Virus genome (UHGV): UHGV-1493261
DNA length: 64,000 nt
Reading direction: 5' to 3' (one strand)
Source: a virus
Shown here: positions 55,567-64,000 of the stretch, in pieces
Layout of the letters: each line of letters begins with the position of its first letter
How positions within the stretch are numbered: the first letter of the stretch is position 1
Translations under genes and position numbers: made by a program
Notes under the pieces: model-generated
Database searches by the model: none
The model's input: only the letters and a program-made list of their open reading frames with translations
Told to the model about the DNA's origin: nothing

Positions 55567-56388
55567 TTAGACCGCAGCCATTTCGCAACGAGTAGAGGTC
55601 ACAGAGTGGCCGTCAGCGTCTTCAACAACACACCAGTACTCACCCTCGTTTTCGGCAGCAACTGCAGTGATAACCAGGCTCGCAGTTGCAGCAGTGGGGT
55701 TAGTGCCAGCATCGATCACCTCACCTTCACCACCAGGGACATCAGAGAAGTACCAAGTATGTGTGTATGGGGTAGTGCCGCCTGTAGCAGCGATGGTGAA
55801 GGTTGCGGATTCACCTGTTGTTACATCCTGAGAAGCAGCCAGATCGGTAGACAGAGACAGAGCGCCAGCCACTGTGATGACGGTAGAGTCAGTGTGGTCA
55901 CCTTCAATGGTTACACCGTATACAGTCACTGAACCCGGCGCCAGCAGCTTGAATTTACCACCACCGATGTGCACAGCTTTGGTCAGATCGCCAGAGTACC
56001 AGTTGACACCCTGGTAGGTCGCGTTCTCCGGAGCGACGGCCGCCTTCAGTTCAACAACCTGACCGACTTCACCATTAGCAGTTTCAGGGGTGATGGTCAG
56101 GCCAGTGGTCAGCACAGCGCTTGGGTCGTGGATTTCATAAGACAGCTGGAAGCCAACGGGCTTGGTTGGATCCACTTTGGTGACGCCATCGGCCTGCAAA
56201 TTGCTCTTAGTCAGCAGTGCATCCAGACCTTTACACTCAGTCAGGATCTCGTCTGGGTCTTGGTTAAGACTGGTCTTTTCCCAACCACGAGCAGTACCTG
56301 TTACAGTGTGAAGACGCTCAGTTTCCGGTTTGTTGCGAACAACTTCCGGTGCTACTAATACAGTGATCGTTGGCATGGTTTCCTCCAC
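55567..56388 (-). CDS. Ig-like domain protein (BIG2-like plus Ig-like), candidate virion decoration protein
   Basis: Ig hallmark LVITAVAAENEGEYWCVVEDADGHS; BIG2-like VELKAAVAPENATYQGVNWYSGD. Confidence 0.5.
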   Translation of the reverse strand: MEETMPTITVLVAPEVVRNKPETERLHTVTGTARGWEKTSLNQDPDEILTECKGLDALLTKSNLQADGVTKVDPTKPVGFQLSYEIHDPSAVLTTGLTITPETANGEVGQVVELKAAVAPENATYQGVNWYSGDLTKAVHIGGGKFKLLAPGSVTVYGVTIEGDHTDSTVITVAGALSLSTDLAASQDVTTGESATFTIAATGGTTPYTHTWYFSDVPGGEGEVIDAGTNPTAATASLVITAVAAENEGEYWCVVEDADGHSVTSTRCEMAAV

Positions 56389-56747
56389 TCATCCAAATCG
56401 TTGTTCAGAGCCATCATCAGCTCATTATCTGGTTCGTATGAACCGGAACATAAATCATCGCGCCATACGCCTAATGTCAACAAAGCAGCCTTGAGGCGTG
56501 GCAACTGGGGCTTATCCACCTTCAAAACGAGCATACGGCAAGCGGCCTCTGTTTCGAACGTATTGAAGACAGTAATCAATTGATTGAGAATCAACCGAGG
56601 ACTCTTACCAGGGACAAATCTCTTCAATGATTGATTAATTAGCGAAATCCGCTGAATGTCTACCAACAGTTCATCCCACGAGACAGAATCTACAATATAA
56701 TGCCTCAGTGCATAATCCATCAAGTTGCTTTCGTCAACGATAGGCAT
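56355..56747 (-). CDS. hypothetical protein (130 aa)
   Basis: ORF. Confidence 0.4.
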   Translation of the reverse strand: MPIVDESNLMDYALRHYIVDSVSWDELLVDIQRISLINQSLKRFVPGKSPRLILNQLITVFNTFETEAACRMLVLKVDKPQLPRLKAALLTLGVWRDDLCSGSYEPDNELMMALNNDLDEWRKPCQRSLY

Positions 56748-56777
56748 ATTGAATAAGTTCAGCTGTTGTACATCGGC

Positions 56778-57203
56778 TTATTTAATCTGCAATTTTTCGA
56801 TCAGCTTCGCAATCAGCTGAATGCGATCTTCTTCTGTGATACCCAGCGGCGCAGCCAACAACTTGAGATCGTCAACCCCCAACAGGTTCAGAGTCTCGGC
56901 TGTGATGTTGGTTTCAATCACAGCCCCGGTTTCAAACGGCTTACCGAACTTGTCGCGACCATAACGCTTGAGGGTCGCAGCCAGCCCTGGAAGCTCCTGG
57001 AGGAGTTCCTTCGTGCCGTCTTGGTATTCGCACACCCAACCGTACCCGCCAGCGTAGACGACGCCTCCGTCTCCCCCTGGAGGGATGTTATCGATGGCGC
57101 GTTGTAGGTAAGTGGGCAACACACCTTCCTCCTTCGCCTGGATGTCATCGACTGGGGCTTCGGTTTTGATTTCAACTTTCTTGACTTCAGGTTTCTTCGC
57201 CAT
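56778..57203 (-). CDS. hypothetical protein (141 aa)
   Basis: ORF. Confidence 0.45.
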   Translation of the reverse strand: MAKKPEVKKVEIKTEAPVDDIQAKEEGVLPTYLQRAIDNIPPGGDGGVVYAGGYGWVCEYQDGTKELLQELPGLAATLKRYGRDKFGKPFETGAVIETNITAETLNLLGVDDLKLLAAPLGITEEDRIQLIAKLIEKLQIK

Positions 57204-57392
57204 GTTTGGTTCTCCTATAGACTGTTACGTATTTACCACAGCAATTGCAACAGTATACGTGCATCGCGTATCCTTCGCCTGTGAAGTCGCAACCACCACA
57301 GCGACAGAACAATTTCACGAACTGTTGGTCATGAACTTCACGGGGAGGAAAGTTCTTGTGGGAGTATTCCCTGGTCTCGCCTTCGAACTGAA

Positions 57393-57410
57393 AGGAGGCC
57401 GGAGCCTCCT
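57393..57410 (-). terminator. terminator hairpin GGAGGC-cgga-GCCTCC downstream of rIIB
   Basis: Perfect 6-7 bp stem; minus-strand tail TTTCAG. Confidence 0.5.
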
Positions 57411-57427
57411 TGGTGGATGGGGTTTGG

Positions 57428-58993
57428 TTACTTGTACAGACCTGTCACGTCAATAGACTTGTGCTGGCGATTGTACTCAGCAGTGTAGTCATCCAACACC
57501 AGGTATTCACAGCAGCGGATTTTGCTTGAACCAAAATCATCGGTGACCGACACGATGTCACGCGGGTTCAGCTTACAGCGAACGACACGCTGTCCCACAG
57601 AACCGAAACACTCCTTCAGGTAGGCCAGGGAGCAAACGTGCAAACCGTATGAACACAGGTCAGAGTTGTTGTCGTTCACGAATGAGCGAGCCATCCGCAC
57701 GATAGTGCCTGGGGCGTTGCTGATCGTGTTGCTGTGCTTGTCCATGTAGTTGCCGCGCACCGATTTGTAGAGGATGATGTCACCATCGTCGTCAATTTCG
57801 ATGTCAGAGTACGCCATGAACTCATAGATGCGCCCGGACTGAACCAGAGAAGCTGACGGGTTCTGGAACATTTTGTCCATAAACTTCGCCATGCGGTCCA
57901 GATTGTGGAAGTCACCCTTCAGCATCAGCGCCAGTACACGCTTGGCGATGGATGTGCCTGTGATGTCATGACCGGACCAGCGGACACGGTTGTCAGACAC
58001 GTCTACCAGACCAGCAGCGTACTTCGCGATGGCTTCACGAGGTCGCATCAGCGAGTAGGCCAGCTTCACGTCTTTGTCTTTGATCGCCTGTACGATGCGG
58101 TCGTAGGCCGGGTGTGAAGTGGTGATCGTTTCCGGCTTACCGTCAATCGCGATAACAACGCTGTCAGGCAGAATCAGGATCTGGTGTTCGTTCAGGAACA
58201 CGTCCAGGTCTTTCGCACCGAAGTCCTGCTTGGTCTTCTTGTCATCAGCCACTTCTTCAACGTCTTTGACAGCGACGGTGAATTCTACAGAAGACAGAGC
58301 CAGACGCAGGGTGCGACCGAGGATGCCATCAAAGTAACCAACACGGCGACGGGCATCCAAGGATCCACGGATAGGATAGGTTTCCCCGTCAACCACAACG
58401 CTGATTTCAACGTTACTCGGAACTTTGTCCGCACCTTCTGACAGTGCCACAGAAATTTCTGCCATCTCGCCGATAGCTTCAACATCGAAAGCGCGACTAT
58501 CACCTTCCACAGGAGTCAATTCAGACTTTTCAAAGAAAGCCCCTTTGAAATTGCCGTCGTTAGTGAGACACAGATACTTGTTGTGGTTCGGCAGATATGC
58601 CCCAACATACCATTCTGTGCCATCTTTGTCTTTGGCCGTGCCGCCCGGTTGGACCTCGAATACTTCCTGCTCTTCCGGCTTGATAGGAGAGATCACAGTT
58701 ACCTTGTTTTTCTCCTCGGTAATCCGGACCAACAGGGCACGGGCGATCGTCTTGGCTGACACACCGTACACCTTGGCCAAGAATGCATTGCTGACATTAC
58801 CTGCCGCCGAATCCCTTTGGATATTGGCGATCTGATCTGTTGTCAGGGATTTCAGCGAAGTAGGGTCAACACCGAGTTCCGTGTCGGAAACACGTTGTAC
58901 AGTCGAGCGGGGTATGCCCAACAGAGTAGCAATTGCGCTCTGGCTTTTGCCTTCCTTCAAATACTTCAGGATCTTTTCGTCAATCTTGTTCAT
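57428..58993 (-). CDS. rIIB: rIIB-like protein
   Basis: C-terminus CSYGLHVCSLAYLK..FGS...RVVRCKLNPRDIVSV matches my recollection of T4 rIIB; N-terminal HTH; probable start at 58993. Confidence 0.75.
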   Translation of the reverse strand: MNKIDEKILKYLKEGKSQSAIATLLGIPRSTVQRVSDTELGVDPTSLKSLTTDQIANIQRDSAAGNVSNAFLAKVYGVSAKTIARALLVRITEEKNKVTVISPIKPEEQEVFEVQPGGTAKDKDGTEWYVGAYLPNHNKYLCLTNDGNFKGAFFEKSELTPVEGDSRAFDVEAIGEMAEISVALSEGADKVPSNVEISVVVDGETYPIRGSLDARRRVGYFDGILGRTLRLALSSVEFTVAVKDVEEVADDKKTKQDFGAKDLDVFLNEHQILILPDSVVIAIDGKPETITTSHPAYDRIVQAIKDKDVKLAYSLMRPREAIAKYAAGLVDVSDNRVRWSGHDITGTSIAKRVLALMLKGDFHNLDRMAKFMDKMFQNPSASLVQSGRIYEFMAYSDIEIDDDGDIILYKSVRGNYMDKHSNTISNAPGTIVRMARSFVNDNNSDLCSYGLHVCSLAYLKECFGSVGQRVVRCKLNPRDIVSVTDDFGSSKIRCCEYLVLDDYTAEYNRQHKSIDVTGLYK

Positions 58994-59024
58994 CTTGTAG
59001 TTCCCACGTTGGTTAACAGGACTA

Positions 59025-61781
59025 TTATGCCCTGATAATGGAATTTGAAATAACGTCCAAGTAATCCGAAGAATTTTCAATCGGGTTCAGGGCGCTTGGT
59101 TTGTAATTCTCTTTCAAGAACCGGACAACACGATGACGTTCTACGGTCATGCGGTTCGCCTTTTTCGCGTTCCGTGTTGGCGTCTTCAGTAAATCAAACG
59201 GTACGAATCCGTGAATCCTCAGAACTTCCGATGCGCGACTGAAGATTTGCAACATACGTTGTTCCGCGCGGAACACCCTTTCATCCCGCTCATTGGTATA
59301 CAGATTCAGATTCAGAGTGCTGATCGTATCCTGGAAATGTTTGAAGCGGCGAACCTCATGAAGAGAAACATTACGCTTCGACATCGCCTGATAATGGCGG
59401 ATAGTTTGTTCGTCCAAGATATCGTCAACATAATCCAGCATTTGGTTATACCGATTAACCAGCTGATTATAACGCCCGTCTTCCCCTTCACCGAACGCCT
59501 GTTTTACCAGATGACACCCGTATTTCAGGCGATTAGAACCAAGATGAAGTCTCTGATGAGATTTCAGCAACTGTATCGCGTTGTGGCGTTCCAGCATCGG
59601 CCTGGCATTCTCCAACATGATCTTCAGGATTTCATCGATCGGGATGAAGACCTCTGGGAACTTCTTCATCATTGGCACGGATTTACGGCGAGCCAAGAAT
59701 ATTCTGTCGTGAATGTTGAGCATGTCGCTGATATACACTGGCTTGCCTTCATCGTCGACACTGACTGCGTGCTCATACAGAGATTTGCGAATACCCCGCG
59801 CCGCAGCTGTGGTCAACGTTCTGTCCATCACCTGATGGATACACTCATAGCCAGACACCTCAATATAGACGATGCGCTCGCCCTTGTTGATGATATCTGA
59901 GATCTGGTCGCCCGTCAGTTCTTCATACTGTTTTATGTCGAAGTTTCTGGACGTGAACGGAAACAGACCAGGGTCTTTGGTGACCGGAGGCGTGACATAC
60001 GTCAGTTCGTTCATGAACTTAACTTCAGCAGGCTCCAGCACCGCACTCAGCCAATCGACGAACTTGTCGGCGAAGCACAGATAATCAACCGTCGTTTCTT
60101 CTTTACCAATCCAAGTTTCAAAGAAATCATAGAGAGCCTGAGAATTCTTGAACGCAGGGTTGTCCTTAGATTGGTTGCGCTTGGTGACATAGGATGTGTT
60201 CGGCTTGGCCACGATGACTATCGTCCCTGTATCTTTCAGCTGCTTGATCTTCAGGTTACGAGCACGAACACTATCTTCGATCACCACAGTAACATGCTGG
60301 CCGCGATCAATCCACTTCTGGATTTCTGAAATGGTCAGGGTACTGGACTCACCCCAGTCATAGAAGATCTCCATAGAGAACGGCGATGACAGCTCATTGA
60401 ACGGCGCGGTATGGTCATAATCGCGATCAATCTCAACAGGCAGCGGGTAACGGTAATATGAATCGTGGAAGCGCTTGTCAGCCGGGTATTCCTTTTCAAC
60501 CATCTTGCGGAACCCACTGCCGAACATTTCACTCAGTTTTACCTTCTCCATATACAGGGCAAGAGGACCGCGCTTACACGCCAGCTCCAGGTCACGCATC
60601 TTTTCTGTCAAGATTGCATTGGCGGTGCCCTTAAACTCCTCAGAGAGCGTCTCACGCGTGAATTCGTCATACGACAGGTCTTCACGCGACGGTGGTACGT
60701 TCAGCGAGCCAAGTTCAAAGAATGTATAAGACGACGGGAACTTACTCATGATAGAGGAAGTGTCTGGGTCGAGCTGATTCAGGTCAATCGGGTACGACAC
60801 GCCACCCATTACAGCATAATGGATGTTCCCCTGGCCTTTCGGCTGGATGTACGTGTTGTTGACCTTGAAATCATAACTGATATCTTCCCAGCTGAAGCGG
60901 TATGAAGCGTTCTCAACAATTGGACGTTGTTCAGGGCGCATAACACGACCAAGGCGAACCAGTTCATCGGAGAATGCAGAGAAACGAGCGTTCTTCACCG
61001 GGATCTTCACCGTCATGCCGTTGAACTCATCGGTGTCTTCCGGCTTAGGATCACGGGTTTCAAGATCTTTGGTGATCAGATCAACAGTCGGGATGCGCTT
61101 GGCATTCAGGTACATCAGGAAGCGATGGAGTTTACCGTCCATGCGGCTTTCCACAGTGAACGAATCCGATACCGCAAATGGTGATTTGGAGCCAAGACCG
61201 AATGCCCCAATCTGATCATCATCTTCTTCCTTCGTACTGTGGAAGAGGGTGGTATACAATCCAGGCGTACGAATGATCTCGCCGTCTTCACGACGGAACA
61301 CCAAAGACCCATTGTAGAACCCTGGAATGCCGATGACTCCGGCCGAATCGGGGATCTCATCTTCCTTGACCACCATGTTTCCTTCCAGCAGCACCTCATC
61401 TTCCTGTGCTGGGATAGGCTCGCCAATGATCTTCTCAAGTGGCAGACCGATGCCGTAATCACGTATTTCCAGCCATGGTTCAAAGTCATCAGGTAGATGC
61501 ACAACAACCTGCTTACCCTTCGGTGCAAGGTATTTGCTATGGCGGGCAGGAGGCGGAGTGAGAGGCGCGTAGTGGGACGCCATCACACGGTGCATACGAT
61601 CACGCATGCCATGGGAGTCGATGGCGTTACAGACGGTTTCGCGCAGGGCTGCAGCCTCTTTGTAACGATACAATGATGAGAACAGAGTCTCAAACATCTT
61701 ATCGTTCATCTTCACGTTGAACGCCTGCCCCTGAATGGAAGACGACGAGCGGATAAAGTGCTCGGACTTGCGCATTTTCAT
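59025..61781 (-). CDS. rIIA: rIIA-like protein (GHKL-type ATPase N-terminal domain)
   Basis: N-terminus matches my recollection of T4 rIIA (QAFNV..KMFETLFSSLYRYK, RETVCNAIDSHG, DYGIGLP, GAFGLGSKSPF). Confidence 0.85.
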   Translation of the reverse strand: MKMRKSEHFIRSSSSIQGQAFNVKMNDKMFETLFSSLYRYKEAAALRETVCNAIDSHGMRDRMHRVMASHYAPLTPPPARHSKYLAPKGKQVVVHLPDDFEPWLEIRDYGIGLPLEKIIGEPIPAQEDEVLLEGNMVVKEDEIPDSAGVIGIPGFYNGSLVFRREDGEIIRTPGLYTTLFHSTKEEDDDQIGAFGLGSKSPFAVSDSFTVESRMDGKLHRFLMYLNAKRIPTVDLITKDLETRDPKPEDTDEFNGMTVKIPVKNARFSAFSDELVRLGRVMRPEQRPIVENASYRFSWEDISYDFKVNNTYIQPKGQGNIHYAVMGGVSYPIDLNQLDPDTSSIMSKFPSSYTFFELGSLNVPPSREDLSYDEFTRETLSEEFKGTANAILTEKMRDLELACKRGPLALYMEKVKLSEMFGSGFRKMVEKEYPADKRFHDSYYRYPLPVEIDRDYDHTAPFNELSSPFSMEIFYDWGESSTLTISEIQKWIDRGQHVTVVIEDSVRARNLKIKQLKDTGTIVIVAKPNTSYVTKRNQSKDNPAFKNSQALYDFFETWIGKEETTVDYLCFADKFVDWLSAVLEPAEVKFMNELTYVTPPVTKDPGLFPFTSRNFDIKQYEELTGDQISDIINKGERIVYIEVSGYECIHQVMDRTLTTAAARGIRKSLYEHAVSVDDEGKPVYISDMLNIHDRIFLARRKSVPMMKKFPEVFIPIDEILKIMLENARPMLERHNAIQLLKSHQRLHLGSNRLKYGCHLVKQAFGEGEDGRYNQLVNRYNQMLDYVDDILDEQTIRHYQAMSKRNVSLHEVRRFKHFQDTISTLNLNLYTNERDERVFRAEQRMLQIFSRASEVLRIHGFVPFDLLKTPTRNAKKANRMTVERHRVVRFLKENYKPSALNPIENSSDYLDVISNSIIRA

Positions 61782-61876
61782 AGTATAGAAATCCTATCAA
61801 TGTCAAAGGGGAACATATTGGTTGAGTGGGTATAATACGGTGGGCGTCTTCAATTGAAAAAGCCCTCGGCTGAGGG

Positions 61877-61900
61877 CTTTGTTCAGATCAATCTTCAGTG
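61877..61900 (-). terminator. terminator hairpin AGCCCTC-(4 nt)-GAGGGCT + TTTTT
   Basis: Perfect 7-bp stem plus T5 after the gene ending at 61888. Confidence 0.6.
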
Positions 61901-62235
61901 GCAAATTGCGCCTGGAAGTTGAATGTCGGTCGGGTGGCACCAGGCTCAAGGGTTTCCTCAAGATAGCCCACGACCGTGCGGGTGACTGACACAGTCTCTT
62001 TGCGCGGTTTGACTGGAGTGGCCAGTGCGATGATAGATGCCTTCTCTTCTTCAGTGCGGGTATAATCCACGTTGAAATGATAACGGCTACCGAACGCTGC
62101 CACTTCCACTTTGGTGATCTGTAGATCTTTCAGTTCAGTGCTGTTCAGGGTTCCCACGTTCAACTGTGAGCGCAGGTGCTCAACAATATTGGAGTACACA
62201 TACTGTGGGGTGATCAGCTGTTCAATAGAACTCAT
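61888..62235 (-). CDS. hypothetical protein (115 aa)
   Basis: ORF. Confidence 0.45.
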   Translation of the reverse strand: MSSIEQLITPQYVYSNIVEHLRSQLNVGTLNSTELKDLQITKVEVAAFGSRYHFNVDYTRTEEEKASIIALATPVKPRKETVSVTRTVVGYLEETLEPGATRPTFNFQAQFATED

Positions 62236-62376
62236 AACATATCCTCTACTTTTTGGGTTCGGTTTTACTTAATCGAGCGACCTCTGCTCGAAGGAAGATT
62301 ATCTCGTCGGTCATCAAACATCACCCATGATCTGGCCAACTTTGAAGTGCCTGCAGAAAGATCCTTCAGGCACTCC

Positions 62377-62577
62377 TCACTTACGTTTGCGCTTGTTCTT
62401 TCCATAGGTCTTCGCCTTCTTCTTGCGGGTTACAGACGGGCGACCATGTCCCGGTTCGCCGGGTGTGCCACCCTGAGTGTAACGACGCCCCCACATGTCA
62501 TCACCACGATGCGCGGCGACGATTTCCATTTCTGACAGCGCTAGCATAGCAGCAACAGCCGCAGATGATTTCTTCAT
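62377..62577 (-). CDS. small basic protein
   Basis: C-terminal Lys/Arg tract. Confidence 0.35.
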   Translation of the reverse strand: MKKSSAAVAAMLALSEMEIVAAHRGDDMWGRRYTQGGTPGEPGHGRPSVTRKKKAKTYGKNKRKRK

Positions 62578-63029
62578 TTCGTTTCCCCCTTGGCAGCATA
62601 GGACAGTGCCTGAACAATCATTACAGCCAGATCGATCGGCGAGTAGGTGCTGTTCAGATCTTCTCGAACACTCTGCTCGATTTCTTCATCAGACTGGACC
62701 ACAGGACAGTTCTTCCCCTGGCGACGGCGTTCTGCGTTGATCATATCACGCAGGAGCAGATCGGTGAAGGAGTACTCATCAAAGTTTTCCAGATAATTCT
62801 GAATCCCAGTGGATACAGGGGTTGGCTCCGGCTCCTGTGCCCCAGGATCTTTCAGGGCAGCAACAGTGGCATCAATATCCCACAGAGGGTTCATCAGTAA
62901 CAGAAGATTAACTGTTTCTCCTGACTCTGAAGTCGGGTTATTTCCCAGCACCTTGTAAAGATTCTTCAGGGTGCTGTCAAAGGTCAGAACGGTCTGCGCC
63001 AGTTCTTCATAAGTTGGTTTGGTAGTCAT
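62574..63029 (-). CDS. hypothetical protein (151 aa)
   Basis: ORF. Confidence 0.45.
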   Translation of the reverse strand: MTTKPTYEELAQTVLTFDSTLKNLYKVLGNNPTSESGETVNLLLLMNPLWDIDATVAALKDPGAQEPEPTPVSTGIQNYLENFDEYSFTDLLLRDMINAERRRQGKNCPVVQSDEEIEQSVREDLNSTYSPIDLAVMIVQALSYAAKGETK

Positions 63030-63391
63030 CAGCGTTTGCTCCGGCGTTTGTTCTTCATCTTAGTGGCCTGACGTTTGTGAGCAGCGGCTCCACGCAGGCG
63101 TGTGGGTTCTTGATAGCGGCGGTCGGCATAGAACTCCCGCATATCACATTCAGTGTCTCGTTGTTTAAGTTTGGCAATCAGAGCCTTGGTGTCCGGCATC
63201 TGTTCTAACTCGTCACAGATGATCATGCGCTCACCAGGCTCATTCCGACGCTTCGGGATATCATCGGGAGTGATGTGCACAACCTCAACTCCTGGTAGCT
63301 TCTCTTCCAGTAGAACTTTGATCAACCGAGAACCCAGTCCGGCTCCAACAATCACAATCTTTCTTGGCTTGTCTGTCATGTTCTTGTCCAC
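63029..63391 (-). CDS. hypothetical protein (120 aa)
   Basis: ORF. Confidence 0.45.
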   Translation of the reverse strand: MDKNMTDKPRKIVIVGAGLGSRLIKVLLEEKLPGVEVVHITPDDIPKRRNEPGERMIICDELEQMPDTKALIAKLKQRDTECDMREFYADRRYQEPTRLRGAAAHKRQATKMKNKRRSKR

Positions 63392-63441
63392 GAAAAAGGG
63401 GATAGAGCAATAATACCCTATCCCCTTTTATTGAAGAACGA

Positions 63442-63855
63442 TTAGACTTCAGATTCTACTTTGCCGCCTCGTAGATCCCGAACTGGTTTACCGTCCGGTG
63501 CCATCACATAAATGGTGTTGATTGTCTCAAACCAAGACAGCTGGTCAACACCCTCGGTGTATGGGGTCACCGGAACAGAAGTCTTGACCTCTTTGCCTTT
63601 CGTGTTCGGATGTTCAACCACATCCAAGAACGCACATTTCCCGCTCGGAAGGATCACACCATCAGTAAACAGCACGATCTTCTTGCGAGGGTTGCTGGCC
63701 TCACCCAGGCACACCACCAGATGATGGATCATCTCGGGGCGGGTAATCAACATGTCGTCTTTGATAATCCCTTGCTTGATAGCAGAGATCACCACTTCAT
63801 CCAACAGAGCCTGCTGTTGGTCCAGTGTCAGGGATTCAGTGAGTTTCACGCTCAT
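63442..63855 (-). CDS. hypothetical protein (137 aa)
   Basis: ORF. Confidence 0.45.
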   Translation of the reverse strand: MSVKLTESLTLDQQQALLDEVVISAIKQGIIKDDMLITRPEMIHHLVVCLGEASNPRKKIVLFTDGVILPSGKCAFLDVVEHPNTKGKEVKTSVPVTPYTEGVDQLSWFETINTIYVMAPDGKPVRDLRGGKVESEV

Positions 63856-63859
63856 GACA

Positions 63860-64000
63860 TCAGCCTTTGAAGTTAATCGGTTTCTGAATACCAGCGTCGA
63901 ACGCGGCCTGGGTACGGGTATCGCTCACCACCTGGCAGGTCTTGTCAAGGTCGATGCGCGGGTAGCCGAACATGCCAGCAATCAACGAACCAGGGAACTG
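63860..64000 (-). CDS. 3' end of a minus-strand gene whose start lies beyond the window
   Basis: Open frame from the window edge to the stop at 63860-63862, ending ...GIQKPINFKG. Confidence 0.4.
   Translation of the reverse strand, partial: QFPGSLIAGMFGYPRIDLDKTCQVVSDTRTQAAFDAGIQKPINFKG

Noticed and set aside
55241-55595. Overlapping plus-strand ORFs 55241-55570 and 55311-55595
   Set aside because: Antisense to the minus-strand gene 55331-55565 and spanning the terminator; no SD
57112-57456. 114-aa plus-strand ORF in the rIIB-downstream gap
   Set aside because: Antisense to the surrounding transcription unit and spans a terminator hairpin; no SD
59211-60905. Plus-strand ORFs (59211-59900, 60465-60905) inside rIIA
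   Set aside because: rIIA assignment on the minus strand is strong; these are shadow ORFs
61781-61860. sigma70 promoter TTGACA...TATACT directly abutting the rIIA start
   Set aside because: Spacer is only 13 nt and the -10 would touch the ATG, leaving no leader
1-64000. CRISPR array, rRNA, insertion sequence or transposon
   Set aside because: No direct-repeat/spacer array, no rRNA-like conserved stretches, no terminal inverted repeats flanking a transposase-like ORF; the only mobile-type gene is the HNH endonuclease

Overview
This 64-kb window is a gene-dense segment of a virulent T4-like myovirus genome (about 50% GC, roughly 90 protein genes, enterobacterial-style Shine-Dalgarno sites). 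I found no rRNA, tRNA or CRISPR array, though the window was scanned by eye only. Calls rest on my recall of T4 protein sequences and family motifs, not on any database search. The plus-strand left half and the minus-strand right half carry the T4-type replication and recombination set: primase gp61, helicase gp41, UvsX, SSB gp32, DNA ligase, topoisomerase II gp39 and gp52, rIIA and rIIB, and a DexA-like exonuclease. Nucleotide metabolism genes include NrdA, NrdB, a glutaredoxin-like protein, dCMP deaminase, a ThyA-family enzyme, dNMP kinase, a P-loop kinase and NTP pyrophosphatases. Late and structural genes are scattered among these: gp25, a gp5-like hub with a CHAP domain, tail-tube-family proteins, gp4 head completion protein, an Ig-like decoration protein and the endolysin. 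The most interesting candidates are (1) a clustered nucleotide-modification module that may hypermodify pyrimidines in DNA, (2) a family of late-promoter-like TAAATA elements, one of which sits inside a hairpin that sequesters the endolysin ribosome-binding site, (3) a repeated terminator / early-promoter / conserved translation-initiation cassette, (4) a Cys/His zinc-ribbon gene split by a single-nucleotide frameshift, and (5) accessory genes inserted among core genes (HNH plus PD-(D/E)xK nucleases, a C39-like peptidase between the topoisomerase subunits, a macro-domain protein, a sigma region-4-like HTH protein).
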